Source of the DNA: Candidatus Limnocylindrales bacterium
GTDB taxonomy: Bacteria; Chloroflexota; Limnocylindria; Limnocylindrales; CSP1-4
Direction: 5' to 3'
DNA: 49,153 nt
Assembly: GCA_052038965.1 (NCBI GenBank)
Contig: JBQGDI010000111.1
Coordinates: 1 to 49,153, forward strand
Both the position numbers and the translations under genes were made by a program. Within the stretch, counting starts at the first letter, position 1. Every line of letters starts with the position of its first letter. The notes under the pieces were generated by a model, which was given only the letters and a program-made list of their open reading frames with translations, was not told the origin of the DNA and ran no database searches. This document shows positions 40,431 to 47,886 of this stretch, in pieces.

Positions 40431-41024
40431 ATGGGTGCCCGCGCCCTGACCGAGCGCGAGCCGGTCGATGACCTCGAGATCGTCGCGGCGGTGCTCGACG
40501 GTGACCGGGAGGTCTTCCGCATCCTGGTCGACCGCGAGGCGGCTGCCGTCATCCGGGCGTGCTACCGCGTCCTCGGCGACCAGGGCGAGGCCGAGGACGT
40601 GGCGCAGGAGGCCTTCGTGATCGCATACCGATCACTCGGGTCGTGGCGCGGCGAGGGTGCCTTCGCCGCGTGGCTGACCCGAATCGCGGTCCGCCTGGCG
40701 GTCCGCCAGGCCGGCCGCCGCCGCGTCGTCGCCTGGGTCCAGCCCGGGGATGACGGTCGCGACCTCTCGGCCGGCGCCCTGGGGTTGGCCGGCGCCCCGG
40801 ACCCGGAGCGGGAGGCTCTCCGGGCGGAGCGAGCGGCGGCGACTCGACGGGCCGTGGCGAATCTCGAGGAGCCGTATCGCGAGGTGGTGGCCCTGCGGTT
40901 CTTCGGCGACCGATCGCTCGAGGAGATCTCGACGCTCACCGGCCGCCCCCTGGGAACCGTCAAGACCCACCTCCGGCGCGGCCTCATCCGCCTCCGCGAG
41001 CGCCTCGACGGGAGCGCCCGATGA
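40431..41024 (+). CDS. ECF-type sigma-70 family sigma factor
   Basis: Region 2 is 'AEDVAQEAFVIAYRSLGSWRGEGAFAAWLTRIAVRLA'. Region 4 is 'YREVVALRFFGDRSLEEISTLTGRPLGTVKTHLRRGLIRLRE'. ATG 40431 gives a typical 197 aa. The longest ORF starts at GTG 40311 but would include a perfect palindrome (40311-40324). Confidence 0.8.
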   Translation: MGARALTEREPVDDLEIVAAVLDGDREVFRILVDREAAAVIRACYRVLGDQGEAEDVAQEAFVIAYRSLGSWRGEGAFAAWLTRIAVRLAVRQAGRRRVVAWVQPGDDGRDLSAGALGLAGAPDPEREALRAERAAATRRAVANLEEPYREVVALRFFGDRSLEEISTLTGRPLGTVKTHLRRGLIRLRERLDGSAR

Positions 41025-41755
41025 GCGATCGCTGGCGCCCGGGCGCTCCGGTGCTGCACGACGCGTCGGGTCCGATGCCGCTGCATCCGGACGAGCTCGC
41101 CGGCGAGGCGGTCGGTGCGCAGCAGCTGGCCAGCGCGCTCGATGCCGCCCGTGCCCTCGAGCAGGTGGCGGCGGGCCCGTCCGCCAGTCCCAGCGCCGGC
41201 TTCGCCGATCGGGTCATGGCGAGCATCGCCACCGAGCCCGTGCCGTCGGGGCGGGGTTACCTCGTGCCCCTGCGACGCCTGGGCCTCGCCGGGCTCGGCA
41301 CGAGCCTTCGCCAGGCGTGGGTGTTCGCGACGCGCGGCGGACGTCCGCTCGGCGTCCGGGCGACGGCGCTCGCCTACGTCCTGGCGATCGTCATCGTCGG
41401 GACGTCGCTGACCGGCGTCGCCGCGTACGGGGTCGCCGGAGCGTTCGGCCTGCTCGGGCCGGATCGATCACCGACCCCGACCGAGACGCTCGCATCGTCA
41501 GGTCCGATCGACGAGCCGACGCCGACGGCGCCGGCGCCCTCGATCGACCTGCCGACGAGCCTGCCGAGCCCCGAGCCGACCGAGTCGCCTGAAGCCTCCG
41601 AGGAACCGGAGGCGACCGACGACGACGACGATCGCACCGCCGCGCCCGAGTCGACGCCCGAGGAGTCGGACGACGACGACCACGCCGCGGACCCGACGCG
41701 AACCCCGAGGCCGTCGGACACGCCGAAGCCGTCGAGCAGCCCGGACGACGACTAG
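41021..41755 (+). CDS. Putative anti-sigma factor (single TM) with a Pro/Thr/Glu/Asp-rich extracytoplasmic tail
   Basis: The ATGA overlap with the sigma gene indicates translational coupling. It has a cytoplasmic N-domain, a TM helix 'ALAYVLAIVIVGTSLTGVAAYGVAGAF', and a tail ending 'EATDDDDDRTAAPESTPEESDDDDH...SSPDDD'. Confidence 0.6.
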   Translation: MSDRWRPGAPVLHDASGPMPLHPDELAGEAVGAQQLASALDAARALEQVAAGPSASPSAGFADRVMASIATEPVPSGRGYLVPLRRLGLAGLGTSLRQAWVFATRGGRPLGVRATALAYVLAIVIVGTSLTGVAAYGVAGAFGLLGPDRSPTPTETLASSGPIDEPTPTAPAPSIDLPTSLPSPEPTESPEASEEPEATDDDDDRTAAPESTPEESDDDDHAADPTRTPRPSDTPKPSSSPDDD

Positions 41756-42468
41756 GCCCCGGCCAGCGGGTCGTCCGCGCTGCCCGCCTCGTCGGCGGAA
41801 AGCTCGTCGCGCTCGCCGCCCGCCCGCGAGCGCTGCAGCAGCGCCGCCCGCCGGGCCGCCGTGTCCGTCGTCGCGAGCCGGATGCCCTCGGTCGCGACGC
41901 CGAGGATCTGCGATCGCTGGACGAGCGCGAACGGGTAACGCGCCGCGAGCGCCCGATCCGAAAGCCAGCGGACCCGGACGTCGGTCATCGGGATGAACTT
42001 CGGGTCGGTCGCGTCGACGAACGCCATCACCGACCCATCGCCATGGATGAAGACGTCGCCGTCGACCAGGTGCGAGCGCGTCAACAGGACGAGCCGCTGC
42101 GGCCGCTTCTCGATGATCACGCCGCTGTCCCCGACGGGTTGGGACAGCTCGGCATCGAGCTGGCCGACGACCGCGAGGTCGTCCGGCAGCACCCGCAGCT
42201 CGGGCATCGCGAGGCGCGTGGCCTCGCCGGCACGGGTCAGGACGACCGCGTCCCGGACGATGAGGTAGCCCTGGACGATGTTCACGAAGTCGGACACCCG
42301 TCGGAACCGCCCGAGATCCACCGTCCCGGCGACCCACAGCTGGCTGCCGATGAGCTCCAGGTACTGCTCGCCGCCGCCCTCGCCCTCGTCGCCCCAACCC
42401 GCTGCGGCCGAGCCCCACGCGCCACCCTGGCGGTCGAACGTCAGCGCGCTGTCGCCAGAGTCCGACAT
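41752..42468 (-). CDS. Hypothetical protein with two internally similar beta-rich halves (238 aa)
   Basis: The codon pattern is clean. The halves 'VAGTVDLGRFRRVSDFVNIVQGYLIVRDAVV' and 'VDGDVFIHGDGSVMAFVDATDPKFIPMTDVRV' look like a duplicated small-barrel module. I recognise no family. Confidence 0.5.
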   Translation of the reverse strand: MSDSGDSALTFDRQGGAWGSAAAGWGDEGEGGGEQYLELIGSQLWVAGTVDLGRFRRVSDFVNIVQGYLIVRDAVVLTRAGEATRLAMPELRVLPDDLAVVGQLDAELSQPVGDSGVIIEKRPQRLVLLTRSHLVDGDVFIHGDGSVMAFVDATDPKFIPMTDVRVRWLSDRALAARYPFALVQRSQILGVATEGIRLATTDTAARRAALLQRSRAGGERDELSADEAGSADDPLAGA

Positions 42469-42553
42469 CCTGCCCTCCCGGTCGTGCCGGACCCCCGCCG
42501 GCTGCGTCCGCGACAGTCTGAAGGCTTCGGCGGACGTCCGCTACGCTCCGGCG

Positions 42554-43096
42554 GTGATCGTCGTCGGGATCCTGGTGCCCTCGAGCCCCGCGGCCGAACC
42601 GATCCTCGACATCGCACGCCGGGCCGCGGCCGCGGGTCGTCGCACGGAGGTCGTCGGCACGGTGCCGGGCGACGCCGCCGGCGACGGGCGGCTCATCGAG
42701 CTCTCGGCGGCCGGGGTCGGCCACGCGACCGTAACCCGGACGATGGCCGACCCGGAGGCCGCGGACGTCGAACTCGCCCTGCGCTACCTGCCCGACGTCC
42801 AGGTCGTCGTGCTCGTCGCACCGCCGCCGGCCCTGGTCCCGGTCGCGGCCTCGGCCGCGGCGTGGTCGGGCGCGCAGCTGATCCTCGTCGACGAGGTCGC
42901 CCCGGCGGCGCCGCTGGCGGTCGAGCCGATCGTCCTCGACGCTCCGGCTTCGGATCCCGACGGAACGTTCGCCGGGTTCGTGGCCGCGCTCGCCGTCCGC
43001 CTGGACGCCGGAGTTAAGCCCGGCGTGGCATGGGGCGAGACGGTCGCCGCGCTCGCGGCCGATCGGGTACCCGCCGACCGGGACCGCGGACGCTAG
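42554..43096 (+). CDS. Hypothetical protein (180 aa), possibly a truncated or degenerate ribokinase/PfkB-like fold
   Basis: GTG 42554 was chosen because the upstream ORF part overlaps the divergent gene. 'DPDGTFAGFVAALAVRLDAGVKPGVAWGETVAALAA' resembles the PfkB C-terminal 'DxxGAGDxFxGxxxxxL' region but lacks the GAGD anion hole. Confidence 0.35.
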   Translation: MIVVGILVPSSPAAEPILDIARRAAAAGRRTEVVGTVPGDAAGDGRLIELSAAGVGHATVTRTMADPEAADVELALRYLPDVQVVVLVAPPPALVPVAASAAAWSGAQLILVDEVAPAAPLAVEPIVLDAPASDPDGTFAGFVAALAVRLDAGVKPGVAWGETVAALAADRVPADRDRGR

Positions 43097-43100
43097 CCAG

Positions 43101-43610
43101 CTAGCCGCCCGGGTAGCCGGCGGGGGGCCGGTCGAGCCGGAGGACGTCGCCGGGCAGGACCGCCGCCAGGCGCCCCGCCGCAGCCTCGACGGCCCACTGG
43201 ACGTGGCGACCCGGACCGTAGGTTGGGCAGGGCTCCGCGTCACAGACGTCCATCGTCTGGACCGAGACGACGCGCCCGTCGGCCCCGACGAAGGCGATGT
43301 CGAGCGGGGCCGGGACGTCCCGCATGTGGAACCGGACCTCGGACGGCTCCGGGTACGCGAACAGCATCCCGTCGAGCGGCGCGATGGCCGACAGCGAGAT
43401 CCCCGACAGCCCACGGGCGCGCTCGGCCGGCGTGTCGGCCACCAGCAGCTCGAGGCGTTGCGACCCGAGCTGGACGTCCCGGGTTGCCATGCCCTGCAGG
43501 CTGCTTGGCAGGGCCCGGTCGACCGTCCCGCAGCCGGCGATCGCGAGCCCGGCGGCGGCCGCCAGCGCGAGTCGGCGCGCGAACAGTCCGGCGCCTCGCC
43601 GGCCCTGCAC
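43101..43610 (-). CDS. DUF192-family lipoprotein
   Basis: GTG 43610 lies 5 nt after the upstream gene's stop. The signal plus lipobox is 'LALAAAAGLAIAGC'. The DUF192 core is 'LLVADTPAERARGLSG...LDGMLFAYP...FHMRDVPAPLDIAFV...'. Confidence 0.7.
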   Translation of the reverse strand: MQGRRGAGLFARRLALAAAAGLAIAGCGTVDRALPSSLQGMATRDVQLGSQRLELLVADTPAERARGLSGISLSAIAPLDGMLFAYPEPSEVRFHMRDVPAPLDIAFVGADGRVVSVQTMDVCDAEPCPTYGPGRHVQWAVEAAAGRLAAVLPGDVLRLDRPPAGYPGG

Positions 43611-43614
43611 GCCG

Positions 43615-44373
43615 TCAGCTCCCGCGGGAGGCGTCCGTCGTCGGCCGGCGCGATCCATCGACCGGCAGGAGCCGGGCCTGCTTCTCGACCGGTCCGTCGA
43701 GCGGCTCGACGAGCTCGGGGCCGTCATTTCGGACGTCGTTCACGCGTCGGCTGACCGGATAGGACTCGAGCCATGTCTCGTCGGTCGGAACGAGGAGGCC
43801 CTTGAGCTCGGCGAGCGCCGCCCCCTCGGAGCGTGTCGGGTCGAGCCAGCGGTCCCACGCCGACTCCGGGATGACGACCGGCATCCGATCGTGGACGGGC
43901 GCGACCTCGTCGTTCGCCCGGGTCGTGACGATCGTGAACGAGCGGATGATCTCGCCGGTGTCCTCGTCCTTCCAGCCGGCCCACAACCCGGCGAGCGCCA
44001 TGGGCCGGCCATCCCGGCGCAGGAAGGCATACGGCTGCCGGATCTTGCCGACCTTCTGCCACTCGTAGAACGCGTCGGCCGGGACGAGGCAGCGGCGCTT
44101 CGCGAAGGCGTACCGGAACGCGGGGTTCCGATCCAGGCTCTCGGCGCGCGCGTTGAACATCCGGTTGCCGGTGTCCGGTGTCTCCGACCAGTGGGGGATG
44201 AGGCCCCACCGATAGGCCGTGATCGCGCGCCGATCGTCACGCTGGACGACGACCGCCGCGTCGTCGGTCGGTGCGACGTTGAATCGCCCGCCGGGAGCGT
44301 CGACGAGGTCCTCCGCCTCGAAGATCTCGGCCAGCTCGGAGGTCGGCCGCTGCTGGGTCATCCGTCCACACAT
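43615..44373 (-). CDS. SOS-response-associated peptidase (SRAP/YedK, abasic-site processing) family protein
   Basis: The start is set at 'MCGR' because the family's catalytic residue is Cys2. It contains 'FNVAPT', 'YRWGLIPHW', 'MFNARAES', 'CLVPADAFYEW' and 'FTIVTTRANDEVAPVHDRMPVV'. Confidence 0.88.
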   Translation of the reverse strand: MCGRMTQQRPTSELAEIFEAEDLVDAPGGRFNVAPTDDAAVVVQRDDRRAITAYRWGLIPHWSETPDTGNRMFNARAESLDRNPAFRYAFAKRRCLVPADAFYEWQKVGKIRQPYAFLRRDGRPMALAGLWAGWKDEDTGEIIRSFTIVTTRANDEVAPVHDRMPVVIPESAWDRWLDPTRSEGAALAELKGLLVPTDETWLESYPVSRRVNDVRNDGPELVEPLDGPVEKQARLLPVDGSRRPTTDASRGS

Positions 44374-44398
44374 CGTTTCTCTAGTATCGTCCGCTTCG

Positions 44399-45631
44399 AT
44401 GGATGACCCCCGATTCGGCGGGCCCGCCGATCCGGATCGGGGCCCCGGCCTCGACACCGCGCCACGCCGGCCCTCGGATACCGCCCTCGACCTCGCCGCC
44501 GCGACCCAGGGTCCGCTACCCATCGACGTGGCGCAGCGGCTCATCGAACGCGGTCACGAGCGGCTCCAGCTCGGCGAGCCGCTGCTCGCCGCGGCCGACT
44601 TCCGGCGTGTCATCGGACACGACGACCCGGGGCTGTCGGGCGCGGCCTGGCTCGGGCTCGGCGATGCGCTCTACCGCCTCGACGCCGAGAACGAGGCCGC
44701 CGAGGCCTGGCGCGCGGTGACCCGGCTGCCGCAGCATGCGAGCACCTACGACGCCTGGCGCCGGTTGGCAGGCGCCGAGGTCCGGGCGGGCGACCTCAAG
44801 GGCGCGGTGGCCTCGTACCGCGAGGCCGAGCGCCTCGCCCCGCCCGAGGATCGGCCGGAGATCGCCGCCCGCCTCGGCTGGCTGGCCAAGGAGACGGGCA
44901 ACGCCGGCGCCGCGTCCCGCTACTTCGCCCGGGCTCGCGGCGGCACGGCCTGGGGCCTGACCCAGCTCGTCGTCATCGTCACCGCGCTCGTGTCCTTCGC
45001 CGCGATGTCCGAGCCCTCGGGCCGCCTGTTCGAGGTCCTGTGGCTCGATCGGTCGAACCTCCAGGCCGGCGAGCTGTACCGGTTGTTCAGCGTGACCCTC
45101 GTCCACGCCGGGTTCCTCCACCTGGCGATGAACATGTACGCGCTGTGGATCCTGGGCCCGATCGTCGAGCAGATCTGGGGACGCTCGCTGTTCGCGGCGT
45201 TCTACCTCCTCACGGCCGCCGGCGCGTCGACGGCGAGCTTCCTGTTCAGCGGCGGCCCCAGCGTCGGTGCCTCCGGCGCGGTCTTCGGGCTGGTCGGCGT
45301 GCTGCTGGCCGGCACCCGGGCCCACAACCCGATCCTGGACCGGCGGGCGAGGCAGATCATTCCCCAGCTGGGATTCCTCGTCGTCATCAACCTGGCGTTC
45401 GGGTTCCTCGGCGGCGGCATGATCGACAACGCCGCGCACATCGGTGGCCTGCTGGCCGGCGTCTGGCTCGGGATCCTCGTCCCGCCGGGCAAGGTGCCGA
45501 CGCTCAGGTCGGCGTGGCAGCATCCGCGCGGTGCTCCGGCGGAGCGCTCGCCCCTCCTCATCGCCGCGGGCCTGTTCGCACTCGTCGGGCTGATCACCGC
45601 GGGGCTGGCCTACGGGGGCGCGACCCTCTGA
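44399..45631 (+). CDS. Rhomboid-family intramembrane serine protease with an N-terminal TPR-like cytoplasmic domain
   Basis: It contains 'LVHAGFLHLAMNMYAL', the catalytic Ser in 'GASGAVFGL' and the catalytic His in 'NAAHIGGLLAG'. The N-terminal ~190 aa consist of helical repeats ('AWLGLGDALYRLD', 'AVASYREAERLAP'). Confidence 0.85.
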   Translation: MDDPRFGGPADPDRGPGLDTAPRRPSDTALDLAAATQGPLPIDVAQRLIERGHERLQLGEPLLAAADFRRVIGHDDPGLSGAAWLGLGDALYRLDAENEAAEAWRAVTRLPQHASTYDAWRRLAGAEVRAGDLKGAVASYREAERLAPPEDRPEIAARLGWLAKETGNAGAASRYFARARGGTAWGLTQLVVIVTALVSFAAMSEPSGRLFEVLWLDRSNLQAGELYRLFSVTLVHAGFLHLAMNMYALWILGPIVEQIWGRSLFAAFYLLTAAGASTASFLFSGGPSVGASGAVFGLVGVLLAGTRAHNPILDRRARQIIPQLGFLVVINLAFGFLGGGMIDNAAHIGGLLAGVWLGILVPPGKVPTLRSAWQHPRGAPAERSPLLIAAGLFALVGLITAGLAYGGATL

Positions 45632-45643
45632 CGCCGGCGGGCC

Positions 45644-47041
45644 TCAGCCCGACGTCGCCGCGGGAACCACGAAACCGACGCGGGCCCCGCGCGGGATCCG
45701 GTTGGCGGCGTGGGCCGAGCCGCCCTGGGCAGCGGCGAGCTCGCGCACGATTGCGAGGCCGAGTCCCGAGCCGCCCCCGGCCCGCGCCGGGTCGCCACGC
45801 CAGAAGCGCTCGAAGGCGCGCTCCGACGTGCCGGGCGCGAAGCCCGGGCCGTTGTCCAGGACCTCGACGCGCACGCCGCGGTCGCCGGACGCGAGGCGAT
45901 CGGGCGAGACCTCGATCGTCACCGCGCCGCCCGGCGCCACGGCCAGCGCGTTCTCGACGAGGTTGCCGAGCATCCGCTCGATCGCGACGCGGTCCGCCAG
46001 GACCTCGATCGGTTCAGCGGAAACGGGCGGCGCGACGCCGAGGCTCGTGCCGGCGGCCGCCGCCCGCGCGGCGAATCTCGCCACCGCGGCGGCCGCCACC
46101 TCGCGCGCGTCGAGCCGCTCCGGCCGCAGCCCGGTCGTCCCGGAGCGCAGGCCCTCGACCATCCCGATCGCGGCGACCAGCTCCTCGAGCCGGGCTGCCT
46201 CCTCCTCGATGGCCCGGGCCGCGGCGGCCGCGTCCTCGCCGGTCGCGGTCCCGTCGCGGAGGGCGGTCGCATAACCGGAGATGACCGTCAGGGGCGTCCG
46301 GAGGTCGTGCCGCAGGTTCGCCAGCAGCTCGGCCTCGCGCCGCCGCGTCGCATCGAGCTCGGCCGACATCGCGTTGAACGTGCCGGTCAGCTCACGGACC
46401 TCGGACGGGCCCTCGAGCGGCAGCTGCCGGGGCCGGCCCGCCGGCACCTCGGCCGCGGCGCCCGCGACCCGCCGGAGCGGCCCCGTCACGCTCCGCGACA
46501 CGAGCCACGCCAGGGGAGCCGCGACGAGCAGCATCGCCAGGCCCGCGGCCGGGACGGTCCGTCCAAGGTCCAGTAGCGCCAGCGCGCCCGAGCGATCGGC
46601 GGTCAGGAAGGCCAGCGCCTTGGGGCTCGACGCCGCCGGGCCGCGAAGCACCGACGCGACGTACAGGAACCGCCGATCGTCGATCGTGACGCGGCCGCGG
46701 ACCTGGGCGTTCTGGCCCGCGTCGCCCAGCGGGATCGTCGCGCCGGGCGCTCCATCCGCGAGCGGCCGCAGGCGGCCGTCGGCACCGACGAGCATGACCG
46801 CGATGCCGCGGACCTCGAGGCGGTCACGCAGCTCCAGGATCGTGCCCCGCAAGTCGCCGCGCGCGACGCTCTGGCGGACCTGGACGCTGACACTGTCGGC
46901 GACGTCGCCGAGGGCCCCGAAGGCGGCGTCGGCGTGGAGACCCCGCAGGACGACGAACAGCGCCCCGCCAACGGCGATCAGGACCGCCAGGGTGAGAAGG
47001 ACGAAGGCCGCCGCGAGCCGGCCGCCGAGGGACCGCGGCAT
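45644..47041 (-). CDS. Two-component sensor histidine kinase
   Basis: It has two TM helices, a HAMP domain, the H-box 'LRHDLRTPLTVISGY', the N-box 'LGNLVENAL' and the G-box 'GGSGLGLAIVRELA'. The ATG overlaps the regulator stop (ATGA). Confidence 0.9.
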   Translation of the reverse strand: MPRSLGGRLAAAFVLLTLAVLIAVGGALFVVLRGLHADAAFGALGDVADSVSVQVRQSVARGDLRGTILELRDRLEVRGIAVMLVGADGRLRPLADGAPGATIPLGDAGQNAQVRGRVTIDDRRFLYVASVLRGPAASSPKALAFLTADRSGALALLDLGRTVPAAGLAMLLVAAPLAWLVSRSVTGPLRRVAGAAAEVPAGRPRQLPLEGPSEVRELTGTFNAMSAELDATRRREAELLANLRHDLRTPLTVISGYATALRDGTATGEDAAAAARAIEEEAARLEELVAAIGMVEGLRSGTTGLRPERLDAREVAAAAVARFAARAAAAGTSLGVAPPVSAEPIEVLADRVAIERMLGNLVENALAVAPGGAVTIEVSPDRLASGDRGVRVEVLDNGPGFAPGTSERAFERFWRGDPARAGGGSGLGLAIVRELAAAQGGSAHAANRIPRGARVGFVVPAATSG

Positions 47042-47772
47042 CAGGCCGGCGTGTCGGAGGCAGGCGGCACTTCGGCGACCGCCCGCGGCCCCTCTGCCAC
47101 CGCCCGCGGCACCAGCCGGTAGCCGTAGCCACGCGACGTCTCGATCGCCGGGCCGTCGGGTGCGAGCGCCCGGCGGACCTCGCCGACGTGTACGTCGACG
47201 GTCCGCGTTTCGCCCGGGAAGTCCGTCCCCCAGACGTCCTCGAGCAGCGCATCACGGGTGAGGACGACTCCCGGCTCGCGGGCGAGCGCGAGGAGCAGGT
47301 CGAACTCGCGCGGGCGGAGCACCAGGCGCCGCTCCCCGACGTGGGCCTCGCGGCGGCGCGGATCGATCCGCAGGCCGTCGAACTCCACTGGCCGGTCCAG
47401 GCGGCCGGCCCCGGTCGATCGCCGCAGGATCGCCTTGACCCGTGCCACCAGGGTCCGCGGGTTGAACGGCTTGGTGACGTAGTCGTCGGCACCCAGCTCC
47501 AGCCCGACGATCGAATCGACGTCGTCCGAGCGCGCGGTCAGCATCAGGATCGGGGTCTCGCCCCGCCGCCGGAGCTCGCGGCAGACCTCGAACCCGTCGC
47601 GCTTCGGGAGCATCAGGTCGAGGATCACGAGATCGGGATCGTGCCGGGCATGGAGCTCGAGCGCCGCCTCGCCGTCGGCCGCGGCGATCACGCTGAAGCC
47701 GTCCTTCTCGAGGTACAGCCGGACGAGATCGACGATGTGCCGCTCGTCGTCGACGACCAGGATGGTCTTCAC
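47041..47772 (-). CDS. OmpR/PhoB-family response regulator
   Basis: It contains 'KTILVVDDE', the phospho-acceptor region 'DLVILDLMLP' and the winged helix 'LTRDALLEDVWG...TRTVDVHVGEVRRAL'. GTG 47772 is preferred over TTG 47814 because it gives the canonical N-terminus and sits 7 nt after a TATCCT box. Confidence 0.88.
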   Translation of the reverse strand: MKTILVVDDERHIVDLVRLYLEKDGFSVIAAADGEAALELHARHDPDLVILDLMLPKRDGFEVCRELRRRGETPILMLTARSDDVDSIVGLELGADDYVTKPFNPRTLVARVKAILRRSTGAGRLDRPVEFDGLRIDPRRREAHVGERRLVLRPREFDLLLALAREPGVVLTRDALLEDVWGTDFPGETRTVDVHVGEVRRALAPDGPAIETSRGYGYRLVPRAVAEGPRAVAEVPPASDTPA

Positions 47773-47779
47773 GGCCGCG

Positions 47780-47785
47780 AGGATA
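47780..47785 (-). promoter_or_regulatory. Candidate -10 box (TATCCT on minus strand) 7 nt upstream of GTG 47772
   Basis: A TANNNT box with no SD, in the leaderless geometry. Confidence 0.35.
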
Positions 47786-47814
47786 CGCGGCGGGATCTCG
47801 GCAGCGACCGGCAA

Positions 47815-47832
47815 ACGTAAGCGGGACGTAAG
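47815..47832. promoter_or_regulatory. Direct repeat ACGTAAG-N4-ACGTAAG (11-bp phasing), a candidate response-regulator box
   Basis: Identical 7-mers at 47815-47821 and 47826-47832 sit in the divergent spacer, 43-60 nt upstream of the regulator start codon. Confidence 0.4.
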
Positions 47833-47872
47833 TGCGCGCCCACACGGTGCCCCGGCGCGCGGCCGACCGGCC

Positions 47873-47878
47873 TACGAT
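47873..47878 (+). promoter_or_regulatory. Candidate -10 box (TACGAT) 8 nt upstream of ATG 47887
   Basis: A TANNNT box with no SD. Confidence 0.35.
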
Positions 47879-47886
47879 CGGGTGCG

